A model generated the notes under the pieces. It saw only the letters and a list, made by a program, of their open reading frames with translations, made no database searches and was not told the origin of the DNA. A DNA stretch of 64,000 bases from Octopus vulgaris (taxonomy: Eukaryota). The position numbers and the translations under genes were made by a program. Shown here piece by piece: positions 11,373-25,184 of the stretch (within the stretch, counting starts at the first letter, position 1; each line of letters begins with the position of its first letter). Location of the stretch: contig OX597822.1 in the NCBI GenBank assembly GCA_951406725.2, forward strand, positions 84,196,001 through 84,260,000. Direction: 5' to 3'.

Positions 11373-12664
11373 ATATATATATATATATATAGGGAAACAT
11401 ATACATGTATATGTATACATAGGAAGTATATATACATCTGCATGCCTCTATAGACTTCGAAAATTTCTTGAAATTCCCAAAGATTCAAATACTTTAGCAA
11501 GCGCGAAATCCTTGGCTCACCAAAGCAGCGCTGAGAGCCTTTCTTTATTTAGTGTAGGATAGTAACTGTGTAGCGCAATGGTTCCTAGTCTTTTGTACCA
11601 CGGCGCCCCTTTACACATTTCACAAACACCACCATTACGTTTTGCAGAAAATAATCAGTAACAGATTATCTTATTCTAGCGAAAGCTAATTTCGTGCAAT
11701 GGTTAATTCTCTCTATTTTCTTACCGTATCCAATCTAACGTGTGTCTCCTTTTCGATGTTAGTGCAAATTAGAGCCGCTATGTTTCAATTTTAATGGGGG
11801 TTATTCCGGAAGATAAGGACTCGCATAATGACATTATATTGTATTTCTTTATTAATGACATTATATTGAACTTCGGCGCATCATAAATTGTGTTTCTTCC
11901 TATTCACTGATAAGACAATGCTCCACTGAGGTTCTAACCCACACAAAGAAGTTTTCATTTTGAAAATGTTTAATCTATAAGTACTCTACCTGGCTTAAAT
12001 ATTTTATTTCTAAGAAAAATTCCTCTCAACACTCTGCGCTGCTTCATATTTTTCTGTCTCCTTCTCAGCTTCCAAATCCCCGAAAGAACAACTGGTATCA
12101 TTCAACCACGGTAGTGTTTGAATATATTAAAACCACCATTTCGTCAATCGCAGCAGCTTCCAAGTTTCACCACTAATTCAGTTCACAACTAAATTGCAAA
12201 CTGTTGGTGGTTTTAAAGAGGACACCTCCTCAGTTACACTTGGTCATAAATAGTTTAAGATTTGGTTCAATAGAAAAAAAAGTTACATAAAAATATGTCA
12301 GATCTCAAGGGGGTATTGAGGCAGATATTCATTTTCAACTAACATAATTTTTTTAATTTTAAATTAAAACTATACTTTTCTTATGCTTAAATGATAGAAA
12401 AATGCATGAGAAATTCAGAATCGTTAGTCGCATTGAACAAAAGTTAGTAGAAAAACGGTTATGAGGTAAAATGTTACGAAATTTAATGTCAGTAAGTGAG
12501 GAAGTAAGACGTAAGGCCTGAGCAATAAGAATAAAGAATATATTTCTAAAATGAATGCTTACATCCTTAGGCGGCGAACAAGCAGAAACGTTAGCGCTCC
12601 GGGCGAAATGCTTAGCGGTATTACGTCTGTCTTTACGTTTTGAGTTCAAATGTCGTCGACTTTG

Positions 12665-12975
12665 ACGTACAGTTTATTTAATTAATTTTTTTTTAACTAA
12701 ACACTTTCAAACTTCCGATACATGTAGAATGTGTCACATAGAACAGGGTTTACTTTTAACATTTTTGACAAAATTTTGTATTTTAGAAGCGGTGTTCAAA
12801 TTCCGCCGAGGTCGACTTTGCCTTTCATCCATTTCGGATCTATTCAATTAGACGTACAGAATATTTAATTAATTTTTTATAACTAAACACTTTCAAACTT
12901 CCGATACTGGTAGAATGTGTCATATAGAACAGGGTTTACTCTTAATGTTTTTGACATAATTTTGTATTTTAGAAG
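12665..12975 (+). repeat. ~125-bp direct duplication separated by a SINE B fragment
   Basis: gacgtacag..aactaaacactttcaaacttccgatac..gtattttagaag at 12665 and 12851. Confidence 0.8.
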
Positions 12976-13840
12976 TTATTTCGTCAGAAGTTACAGAGTG
13001 ACAATGGACAAATTTGTGTTTCAAACGTGCCAATACATGAAACTCTCAGCTTACTCTTTAACTTCTGCCAATGATATATATATACGTATTACATATATGT
13101 ATAAAAAAATTTCATCATGTAATCGAACCAATGAAAGACCCTTTACTTTGTCGCTCGACACGCTAAAAATAGCAGCCAAAGTATCTCCTGCCTAAATCAC
13201 ACGCCCATTGTATATAATGTCTTAGATTATCCCTAAAAAGACGGTTTGCTGAAGGGTGGAATGTCTTTGATAATATTTTTGCAGTATCAGGGTTGATTTG
13301 AGGCTAAATAACAACATTATGGTAAATTTCTATATTAACACCCGCACGATTTTCAGTAAGAAAAAAAAAATTGATTTTTTGCATGGAATCAAGTACCCTG
13401 ACCTCCTAATATGCTGCAAATACCTTATTTTGGTTCGGAAAAAATGATGTAGGGAATTCCCCCCAATCCCGGAATCACTGCAAATTTTTCATTCGTTAAA
13501 TGAATTCCTGTGACCTCCTAATATTGCAAAATTAAGTTACTTAAGGTGAGCCTGGTAACTGGTGGTTTTTGGGGGTCTTGTTGTTTTAACTTTTGGTGAG
13601 CCATGGTACAACCAACAACATGGTAGAAATTCCTACCATTAATTTGATGTAGTTGGGTAATATCAGATTACTCAATCACAGCATATAATTAAATTAAACA
13701 TGAAAAAAATTGAAATATTGTCATCACTTACATGGAAAAATTGAAATATTATCTTTCAGTATTTTAGAAGGTAAAATCTTGAATTATTAATTGACACATT
13801 ATTAATTATCCTATAACAGCAATTCCTGGAAAAATCATAG

Positions 13841-14360
13841 ATTACGTGGGAAAATGCGAGCATGAAAAGAAATATTCTTAAGATTATTAACAATGAAAAG
13901 TACAGGACAAGTTATTACACCTGTAAAAGTATAGGACAAGCTATTACTTCTAGTAAAGTAAAGAATAAGAAACATTTTACTTAAAATATTGCAGCTAAAA
14001 TTAAAATTTGAATATTAAAACTTATTTTATTATAGTTTAAAAATAACACTACTTATTTAAGTAGAATTTGGTTAATTTACTACCTGAAATACAGAAAAAG
14101 TGACTAATTAGACAAACTTACAAATTAGCTGAACAGTTTTGTACAATAAATTTAAAAGATCAGAACTGTAAAGTATGATAAATTAGAAGAACTGGCATTC
14201 TTTGTTGCAATATTTTAAGTAAAATGTTTTTCTTATTCTTTACTTTACTAGCAGTAATAGCTTGTCCTATACTTTTATAGGTGTAATAACTTGTCCTGTA
14301 CTTTTCCAGGTTTATAGTTTTAAGAATATTACTTTTCATGCTCACATTTTTCCATGTAAT
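13841..14360. repeat. Inverted repeat with ~150-bp arms and a ~210-bp spacer
   Basis: aaaagtacaggacaagttattacacctgtaaaagtataggacaagctattact is inverted at ~14250-14305. Confidence 0.85.
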
Positions 14361-14689
14361 AGAATATGTGTTCTGTGGGTTGTGTTATATAATTGAGCAG
14401 TGACTGTACAACGTAAGCTGTATGACTTGTTATTGTATCGATTATCGATTATGTAAGCGTATTTGCTAAGCTATTTTATTGGGTGATGAATGGATAGAGT
14501 ATGTGTTGTGTGAAGCTGTTTTATTTTGTCTGGTGAGGGCTTCATCGATTATTTGTTATGTAAATTGTTTTATATTGAATATACGCTGTATGTATGGTAC
14601 AGATACGAGTGTATTGTGTTGTCATATTTTATGTAATGTCCAACACAGAAATTGTTGTTGTTATTTCGTATTTGCGCAGCAGCTGTGTA

Positions 14690-15660
14690 AGTGATTCTGT
14701 CGATTATGTTTTCTAAACATCAAACAGTTACCTATGCATATATCGTCAAGCTCTCACTGTACCGAGAAGAATATTTTATATAATATCAAAAGGTTTATTG
14801 TTGCAGTGGTTATAGCAAGTCATTTGGTGATATGATAGTTTTCCAGTTATGTATCCAGTGAACTTAGAATTCCTTTCATAATAGGAATGACTATTAACTT
14901 ACTGCAATGACAAAGCTTTTTAGTTCTCACTTTAGGTCCTGGTATTTATCTATCTTCTCATTGCTTTTTTTTTTCTTTCACCCTAGAGTCAAATGTATAG
15001 ATAATGTTTTTTCTCTAGTACAACGATATCTGTTTGTGCGTTTAGGTTTTCCTGTCCATAAAATATCTGTTCGATTTCAACAACTTTAATGGGTGTGGGT
15101 TCATATCAATCTGCTGTACATACTGTAGTGTAAGTTTTAAACAATTACTACTGTCTAACTGAGGCAATTTTGTCCCCAAGCAGCCTTTGCAATGATTTTG
15201 TAGAGGGTTCTTACACCCTAATAGTAAGTGGTGAGATAAATGAATCTCTGATATTAAGTCTCTTTTCTGGAGATGTATCCTTTTTATCTAAATGCCTTTT
15301 CATTATTCGCATAGTTGAGGCTTTTTTATTCAGTTGTTATTAAGGTACCTCCTTTCTTTAAGTAGTCTCGAAGAAGTGCTTTTGTTCTATATTCTTCAAG
15401 AACATTCCTCGCCATTTCTTTTTTTTTTTCGTTCAGTCCGTCTTCCCTGTTTTGAAGAGTAGTTTCTTTCTCTATTTCGACTTTTATGTTGTCATTACTT
15501 TCGTGCTTCTCACAATTTCTACATTTTCTTATTCATACTTGCATAAACAGTGTTCCCCTAAGACAATTCAATCTTCAACTTAAAACAAACTTTTTCCACC
15601 ATTAATGTGTTTCATATACACTTAATATATTGTACATGGCAGCAACTTCCTAGTTTTTCA
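14690..15660 (-). mobile_element. Decayed R4/Dong-like (restriction-like endonuclease) non-LTR retrotransposon 3' part
   Basis: Frame-broken motifs DIVVLEKK, FDSRVKEK, EKIDKYQDLK, VIPIMKGILSSL, LLGTVR. Confidence 0.55.
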
Positions 15661-17712
15661 ATATTTTGTAGTTGTATGCTGGGCGAAATGCTTAGCGGTA
15701 TTTCGTCTGCCGTTACATTCTGAGTTCAAATTCCGCCGAGGTCGACTTTGCCTTTCATCCTTTCGGAGTCGATAAATTAAGTACCAGTTACGCATCGTAG
15801 TCGATCTAATCGACTAGCTCTTTCCTCCAAAATTTCGGACTTTATGCCTAGAGTCGAAAAGAATATTTTGTAGTTGTTGGTTGTTCGACCTGATGATAGC
15901 TCACTTTTTCACTTAATAGTAAATTCACAACTGTGAAAGCATTAGTAGTGTTAAAGGTGATGGGTAACATCACCCTGAAACTTGTCATGCACTCAGGTCT
16001 TAGCGTGTCCCTCTTTTTACCCTTTACGCAAACAGTCTCACTGACCCCTAAATAAATATAACAATTTCATTATTCGTTTGTTCTTACCTGTTAATAGAAA
16101 AGAAAAGAATCAGACAATTTTTTCAAACAATTCGCGCCACTTCATGTCAGGGATACCAAATTTGCATAGAACTTTATTCCACCCATTGTATTTAAGCATT
16201 CAGAATCAGAGCTTTCCTGGGTCTAAATGACGATTTACACTATGTACCAAAACTGAATGTCCACTGCCATATTTTTTCAACGCAGTAATTATTGCCTTTT
16301 ATTGTGGCTGGTGGCTTGAAGGAAGTAAGAAACTGCGAATCAGACCCTCTCTGTCTTGCATAAAATAGCAGGCAAATCATTCTCGGGTCATATACGCTAG
16401 GCTTTCATACAAAATTGTAAGTTGAAACTTTCAGTAAACCGAAATTATCTGTTCAATCAGTAAACAAAATTCTTTCAAATGCTTAAAATCTAAATACAAC
16501 CAACAAGGGAAAGAACTCCATTTATATGAGCCAATCGATATTTTCCCACAATCACACATTTAAATCTATTTTTAGTAAAAAAAAAATAAAGACATAATGG
16601 ATAATTTTCTTTAGGATACGTCCTACTTGAAAGAAAACGGAATGTTTACGGTTGGAAGGAATTGTTTTGATTATAGGTCCTTGATCGGGGTTGACATGAG
16701 ACTAAACAACGACAGTCTATAGTACTGTTCTGTTGAGATTAGAATATTTACTTAAAGAACACCACTCAATATGTTTATATATATTTACTATATAACTCTT
16801 TCGCTACCATGTGTTTACAATCTACAATATTTGCTTTTGCACAGTCCCTAGATACACTGGACACAGAAGTGGTTTTCAGACGATGATAACATTTCAAATG
16901 GTCCTCAAACACATTACATTTCAGTCTCAAATAATAAATTACTCTTAGCATTCTTATATAGTTTGTCGTTTTTCTTCGTCTTCTTTACCTTCATACTCAC
17001 CTTTTTTCTGTTTTTTCAACTTTTTTTCTGATTCTTTTCTTTTCTTCTTGTTATTGTTCGCCTTTTCCTTCTGTTTCTATTTCCTCTTGTTCTTCTTCGC
17101 CTGTCTTTTTCCTTCTTTTGCTTTCTTTATCATTCTCTTTCTTCTATTCCATCTTGTTCTTAACAATGATATAATTAATCATACTTGTTAGACACCCACG
17201 AAGAAGTAACAACGTTGATGTATTAAAATCCTTCATTTAGTAATTAATAGTCACGTCATTTTTTAAAATGTACTGGAAAGCTGAACTTTTACACTAAAAC
17301 TCTACTTCAAGTTGATGAAACATATCGTGTGAGAAGAAAAAATCTGAATTCATCTCTTTTCAGCCATATCCATCACCTTACATTTGTCTGATATTAAAGC
17401 TCCAAGGTAGAAAACAAATACTTTCTGTATCAAAGGAAGACGCCTGTATCTGTTCCTATTACCCAGTCATTTACGTTCTTGGCTCAAATCGTTAAGGTCA
17501 ATGGTGTATATTTTTGGTATCAGTATTTAGTTTAATTCAGACTTATCTTCGTCAAATAATTACAATCAATAATAAGAAAATAGTATTTTGCTCAAGAACA
17601 CAACACACATTCGTTGTGGATTAACAATGTTACCAATGGTTTCGTGTGGAAAGCATTTCCACAATATTCAAGCGATCCAGTTAAAAATACTGATAATCGC
17701 CTCCTTTTTGGA

Positions 17713-17786
<74 letters not shown>

Positions 17787-17835
17787 GGATGGATGGATGG
17801 ATGGATGGATGGATGGATGGATGGATGGATGGATG

Positions 17836-17921
<86 letters not shown>

Positions 17922-19224
17922 ATGATTTTAACTGTAATTATTCATACAGTTATTCAGTCCAAATGATTTAAGAGTTATATTTCTCTTTCAACCATTCACC
18001 ACGTGACAGACCTCAACCAATCAATCTATATGTTAACTGATACTGATCTGATCCACATCTCCTCTATAAAAAACAAAAGATATTTAGTAGAGGGAAACTG
18101 GCATGATCACACTCCAGGTGGTTCTGTGGTAAGAAGTTTTATTCCCAATCACATGGTTCCGGGTTCAGTCCCGCTGCGTGGTAACTTGGGCAAGTGTTTG
18201 ATACTATACTCTCGAACTGTCCAAAACCTTGCGAGTGGATGTGGCTGGCGGAAACTGAAAGAAGCCCGTTGTATATGTATCTGTGTGCGTATGTGTCTGA
18301 GTTTGTCCCCCACCATCGCTTCACAACCGGTGTTAGTGTGTTTACGCTCTTGTAACTTAGCGGCTTGGCCAAAGATCCAATAGAATAAATACCAGCCTTA
18401 AACAAAATAAGTAAGTATAGGGACGATTCGTCCGACAAAAAATTCTTCAAAGCGATGCCCCAGCATGGGCGCAGTCTAATGACTTAAACAAGGCAAAGAC
18501 AAAATAAATTCTTTTTAGCGTTGAAGTTTAGTCGCTGTTTTTATGAACTTCCCATGCGAAGTGCCCCAATCATTTTTATTCGATTACCAGTGATCCATGA
18601 AGACGAAATATTGCAAATATACGAGTTTGCAAATACGTGTGCATGCGCGCACGCATGTGTGCCTACGTGAATGCATGTGTGTGCGCGCATTTGTGTGTAT
18701 GTGTTTGGTATGTTTTTTACAACAAATCGCGTATAATAGACGTCATGTAACTTTAACGATCACATGTTCACCAGAAAGATCCACATTAACTACGATTTCA
18801 ACCAATGACAAGGTTAAATATCATTTCTTGCCAATTCGCTAGAGTGTGCAGTCGACCGGACATCCGGCTGTACGAACGAGTAGTCCTAAGGTGTAATTGG
18901 TATTTACCTTACACATGAATATACATACATCAAGCTGTATACACTTCTAACACAATGATGTGTGTGTGTATATATTTATATATATAAAGCACGATTTATT
19001 CGTGATCAGAGTTGTTCGAAAACCGAGGTACTACTGTATGTGTATGTGTGTGTATATATATATTTTTTTCACTTGTTTCAGTCATTTGACTGTGGCCATG
19101 CTGGAGCGCCGCCTTTAGTCGAGCAAATCGACCCCAGGACTTATTCTAAGTTACGGGGACGTAAACACACCAGCATCGATTGTCAAGCGATGTTGGGGGA
19201 ACAAACACAGACACACAAACCTAC

Positions 19225-19295
<71 letters not shown>

Positions 19296-19297
<2 letters not shown>

Positions 19298-19660
19298 CGC
19301 AGGAGTGGCTGTGTGGTAGGTAGCTTGTTTACCAGCCACATGGTTCCGGGTTCAGTCCCACTGCGTGGAATCTTGGGTAAGTGTTTTCTACTATAGCCTC
19401 GGGCCGACCAAAGCCTTGTGAGTGGATTTGATAGACGGAAACTGAAAGAAGCCCGTCGTATATATGTATATATATATGCGTGTGTGTGCTTGTGTGTCTG
19501 TGTTTGTTCCCCTACCATTGCTTGACAACCGATGCTGGTGTGTTTATGTCCCCGTTACTTAGCGGTTCGGCAAAAGAAACCGATAGAATAAGTACTGGGC
19601 TTACAAAAGAATAAGTCCCGGGGTCGAGTTGACTGAAACAAGTAAAAGAGTAAAAGAGTA
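19296..19660 (+). mobile_element. tRNA-derived SINE family A. Other copies or fragments: 573-790 -, 850-1050 +, 18110-18505 +, 19065-19220 -, 19681-19845 -, 20500-20585 -, 30730-30970 -, 39570-40065 -, 60019-60385 +, 60470-60605 -, 62595-62733 -
   Basis: Head ggcgcaggagtggctgtgtggta..ggttccgggttcagtccca (pol III A/B-box-like), conserved body, (gtaaaaga)n tail. Many diverged copies. Confidence 0.85.
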
Positions 19661-19908
19661 AATATATATATACATATATACGACGGGCTTCTTTTCAGTT
19701 TCCGTCTACCAAATCCACACACAAGGCATTGGTCGGCCCGAGACTATAGTAGAAGACACTTGCCCAAGGTGCCACGCAGTGGGACTGAACCCTGAACCAT
19801 GTTGTTGGTAAGCAAGCTACTTACCACACAGCCACTACTACGCCTACATATATATATATATACATATATATGCATTTGAATGTATATATATGTGTGTGTG
19901 TATGTATG

Positions 19909-19987
<79 letters not shown>

Positions 19988-20904
19988 ATGTATGTAGAGC
20001 ACATGAGTGAGATCAATGTTTAAGGATTTTTCTTATTAATATGAAAATTCTGTAATAAAATACGCACTCAGACACACTTATGCATATACATACGTATATT
20101 ACGTATATATATTTATACAGGCAGAAATTTACGTGTGGTGGAGCGAAAAAAAAATACATTAGAGGTCGAATAGGAGAGAATGAGTAAGAAAGGACAAGCA
20201 AAGAAGAGCAGCGAGAGAGTGATGAGTTTAAAGCAAAAGTTCTCAACAAGGGCCATATGCCTCCCTCCACCCCCGGGGGCCATTTGGAGCTCGAGGGGGG
20301 TGCGTTTTTGAGCAAATGGGCACTAGGGGGCATTAAGAGACTTGTGGGGCGCTGGAAGACCCTCAACTTTGGCAAGTCTAATTTGAAATTTTATTTGAAA
20401 TTGCAGCCATATTTTCACATGTCTGCAACAGTCAGTTTTAAAAAAACATGTCTTTTTGTTTCAAATTTTCAAAAACTTATATATATATATGTATAAACAA
20501 GACATTTGGCCAAGGTACTACACAGTGCGATTGAACCCGGAACTATAACGTTGGGAAGCAGATCACTTACCATACAGCCATGCCTGACACATTCACATTT
20601 ATATTACTTGTATGTTACATATGTGTATGTACTTGTATTTATATATGCATGTATATGAGCAAGGCACTTTATTTCACGTTGCTCCAGTTCACTCAGCTGT
20701 AGAAATGAGTTGCGACGTCACTGGTGCCAAGCTGTATCGACCTTTGTCTTTCCCTTGGATAACACTGGTGGTGTGGAGAGGGGAGGCTGGTATGCATGGG
20801 CGACTGCTGGTCTTCCATAAACAACCTTGCCCGGACTTGTGTCTAGGAGGGTAACTTTCTAGGTGCAATCCCATGGTCATTCATGACCGAAGGGGGTCTT
20901 TACC

Positions 20905-20962
<58 letters not shown>

Positions 20963-21025
20963 GCATGTATGTATGTATTGGGTAGACAGATAGATAAATA
21001 GATGCATACACACACACACACACAT

Positions 21026-21098
<73 letters not shown>

Positions 21099-21261
21099 CT
21101 CACACATCTCTCTTATATGCTTGTATTAATGAATTGTTTCATCTTCTGTGATTTTATGCATCTATATTCTATGTGTAAGAAAAAGCATTATATGATTAAA
21201 AGTTCGAGATGTGATATGTTACGTGGATGACCTTACATTTGTTTGTTCTGCAACCATTATT

Positions 21262-21332
<71 letters not shown>

Positions 21333-21746
21333 CATATATATATAGATACATATATATGTTTGTGTTTGTGTGTGATTATATCTGATTAAGGAAAACAAGA
21401 AACAGTTTCATTAAAATAATTTTAATTTTTTAGCGACAAAGAATGTAATAAACATGATATATAAGAACCGAAACCATGAAAAGAAAACAAGATATCATGA
21501 AAAAAATACGTAGACGTAATCGTATCCCAAAATACGAAAAATATAGATTTAAAAACAATAAAACTTTTCATAGATAACCAGCAAAGCTTACCAATGAAGA
21601 AATGGTACACACAGGAAATTAGAAAATCTTATGAAAAACTTAGTAGTGGACACTGACAAAAAAATAGAAAAGAATGACAAAAATAGAAAAGAATGAGCAC
21701 ATATCGAACAGCAGCCAAGGCCCACAGTCTTGTGCGAACTGAAGTT

Positions 21747-21911
21747 TTAACATTCGCCAGTTTTCAGTTTTGAATAGCCCTGATTCCGCAGATCCTGAGG
21801 GCCCTTCAATCTCCGCCATGCCATAACAGCAATGATAATAAATAAGACAATTAGCAAGACTGCTACCGAGGTGGCAATAAGACCAATATTCCAAGCGTTA
21901 AACATTTGGAT
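21747..21911 (-). CDS. Terminal coding exon 6: transmembrane helix and cytoplasmic tail (IQMFNAWNIGLIATSVAVLLIVLFIIIAVMAWRRLKGPQDLRNQGYSKLKTGEC*)
   Basis: Acceptor cttatattttgcag|, phase 0. About 24 hydrophobic residues, then RRLK stop-transfer, GYxxL motif, TAA at 21747-21749. Confidence 0.87.
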   Translation of the reverse strand: MQMFNAWNIGLIATSVAVLLIVLFIIIAVMAWRRLKGPQDLRNQGYSKLKTGEC

Positions 21912-22281
21912 CTGCAAAATATAAGACAGAATGTTTTAGAGATGCTTAAGAATTCCTGTATATAAGTAATTGTGTGTGTGTGTGTGTGTTCATGTATGTG
22001 CGTTTGTCTGCGTGTAAGAGCATGCGAGCATGTGTGTGTGAGAGAAAGTGTGTGTGTGAGAGAAAGTGTGTGTGCATATGTGCGTGTGTGCGCCTGTGTC
22101 TGTGTGTGTGTGTGAATGTGTGCGTATATGCATGTGTGCGTATGTGCATGTGTGCATTTTTGTGTGCATTTAGATGTTACACACACACACACACACACAT
22201 ACACATACATATACATACATATATATAAATTAAAGTAGTATAGGTTTCATGAAGCATTGTCGTGTGTGTGTGTGTGTGTGT

Positions 22282-22558
22282 AGGAGCAGGAGGAGCAGGA
22301 GGGGGAGAAGTAGGAGGGGGAGGAGCAGGAGGGGGAGAAGTAGGAGGGGGAGGAGTAGGAGGGGGAGGAGCAGGAGGGGAGGAGCGGGAGGAGCAGGAGC
22401 AGGAGGAACAGGTGGAAGAGGAGCAAGAGGAGCAGGAGGAGCAGGAGGAGGAGCAGGAATGAGCAGAATGAGGAGCAGGAGCAGGAGCAGGAGGGGGAGC
22501 AGGAGCAGAAGCAGGAGCAGCAGGAGGAGGAGGAGCAGGAGCAGGAGGAGGAGGAGGG
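22282..22558. repeat. Purine-rich (GGA/GCAGGA)n tract in the last intron
   Basis: Read directly from the sequence. Confidence 0.9.
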
Positions 22559-22579
22559 ATATAGTAAGAATATTCTCAC

Positions 22580-22829
22580 CGAACTCCCAGTTTGTCCCGA
22601 TTCATGGACAGACTTATATTGTAAGTCGGCGGCGCCTTCACCATCTTCTCCGTTTGTAGGTGGTGCAGTAGTGACTGGATCTGTTACCAATGTTCTTCGT
22701 GTGCTTCCTTCTGTGTTTGGCTCTTCAGTAATATACACCGTGCTCTCGTACAACTCTCCTCGTGAGCAGTTGAGTGGGCATTGATCGTAAGAGTCCAAAC
22801 TTGCTATAAACCACTGCCATGGTTGAAAA
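22580..22829 (-). CDS. Coding exon 5 (FQPWQWFIASLDSYDQCPLNCSRG...Thr/Glu-rich stalk...GQTGSS)
   Basis: Acceptor ttttgttcttcag|, donor TCG|GTGAGA, 250 nt, phase 2->0. Lies within ORF-track entry 22247..22990. Confidence 0.85.
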
Positions 22830-24404
22830 CTGAAGAACAAAATTATTTTAGAATATATGAATGGACTGACGGATGGACGGACGGACGGATGAAAAGAGAG
22901 AAGGAAGGAAAAGTAGACAAATGCTGAAAAAAAATATGAACAAAGAGAGGCAGATAAAAGAGGTTTCAAATTTTGGCACAAGGCCAGCAATTTGGGGGAA
23001 GTTGTTAGGTTGTATACATCGACTCCAATGCTCCACTGATAGTTATTTTATCGACCCCGAGGGATAAGAGGCAAAGTCGACCTCGGCAGAATTTGAACAC
23101 AGAATGTAAAGACGGACGAAATGCTTAGCGGCATATCGTCCGGCGTGTTAACGATGCTGCCAGCCCGCCGCAGATGGAATTAACACATACACACATACGT
23201 ACATACTTGCACACATACATACATACATACATACATACATACATACATACATGCATACATACGTGCATATATATATATATATATACATACATACTTATAT
23301 ACATACATACATAAATCCACACTTACATACATGCATTCATACACACATATATACATGCATACCTACATACTTACACACATACATGCATACATACATACAT
23401 ACATACGTACGTACGTACATACATGCATGCATGCATACATGCATACATGCATGCGTGCATACATGCATACGTGCATACATGCATACATGCATGCATGGTG
23501 GCTGCCCCCTCGTTATCGAGTATGGCCATTGCACGAAGCTTAATCAATGTTGTTATCGTGCAATGCCTGTGCAAGAAATTTTTTTTTAAAGTGAGGAAAG
23601 GCTGTGCACTGAGTCAATCCCACTCACTAAGAAACAGCAGCCATAATCCGAAAAGAAGAACAAGTCAACATCATCGGTAACCACTGAGCCGCAGGTTTTA
23701 TGTCGGAGTTATCCCAGTTACCTGAGTTACCTTCTCCTAGAAGGACGCCCTAACAAAGGCTAGGAGTCCTTCACTCCCAATGGTTTAACCACGCGATCGG
23801 GTATTCAGTCCGATTATTTCTATGTCTGCGCGCATGCCTTAAGACATTTATTGGATGGCCGTTGACTCTCAAGAGTTCCTCCGCCCTTTGACGAGTTTTG
23901 TCTTTCATCCCGCAGAGTGTCCAATAAACACCCTCCTCACCAAGCAAGATTGGTGGGGTTGCCGGTTTAGTCGTCGACGACCGACCATGCAACAGGTTGT
24001 ACTGGGTTACATGTTACCAGTAACACTCGAAAGTGACCTGACATAACATGCATGCATACACGCATAAATACATACATATATACAAGCATACATACATACA
24101 TGCATACATGCATACATACATGCATGCATACACGTATACATACATACATACATACATACATACATACATACATACATACATACATACATACATAGATATA
24201 TGCTTGTGCGTGTGCATGCGTGAGTGTGTATGTTTGTCTAGTTTTGTTTTTCTAAATATAATTACGTGTGTGTTATGGGAATCTGGTTTCGACTTAAGAG
24301 AAACAAACCCTCGATGCAGTCGCTCCAGCTGCGAGCATATGCAGTCAAATGTCCGTCAGCCCATTCCTCCAATACCTCCTGATGGCTTATGAGATCATAG
24401 ATAC

Positions 24405-24520
24405 ATTATTTATATTATTTACATTATTTACACTGGACGGATACGTATCCTCATCTTTTGTTTTCACCACAATGTTTCGGCTGATTTACTCTCCAGCCTT
24501 CACCATGTCTCTTTGTAGAA
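24405..24520 (-). mobile_element. Decayed copy of the 51015-51170 hammerhead-bearing PLE-end family
   Basis: attatttacattatttaca..gacggata..tcctcatctt..gtttcggctgat..ctccagccttca is shared with 51015-51110. The core is mutated. Confidence 0.65.
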
Positions 24521-25184
24521 TTGTACTTAGCCGTTCTAAAACCAAAGGACATTTTGAACACGATAGTCTTACATGACTTCAAAACGACACCATGGTCAAA
24601 AAACCATTTCCCAAGGATTCCTTCTGCACGAAGAAAATATAGTTAAATATAGTCTTATATATGCAATGTCGTGAGTCAAAAATGTTCATCGAAGATTCAT
24701 CTGCTTTTTAAGCCACAACTGCGATGAACTTTTTCACCAGCTTAACTCTTAATTTCATTTTCCTTCCTCTTTCATTCTACTACTATTACAAACACAACCG
24801 CTATTATACTACAACGGACAATCGAAATAACAATGACAAATAGCAGAGGTTACATATGCACACGAGGAAGCTCCCATGTAGATACCCAACTTGCAACAAT
24901 TATTAGCTAATTTTCCGTCAGATAACCGTTTTCCAGCTGCCTTAAGGACGGCCATACAGGAAAATGTAATCGTATATTACACCAGGTTTTAATGAAAAGC
25001 AGGGTTTTAATGAAAAGCTGGAATGCTGTTGATCATAGGTCTGTACAATGACGACTGAGCTAGATCGAAATAACAACATCAGTACCAACAAAATTCAGGT
25101 CTTCATCATGTACAGTGCAGCGGATTCATTCTAAGCACCAACCAATTCCACTTGCTGCATAAGCCAGTGTAGCTTCCTGACTTT

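Noticed and set aside
19296-19370. tRNA-like sequences at SINE heads
   Set aside because: No complete cloverleaf, and each is followed by a SINE body. Not tRNA genes.
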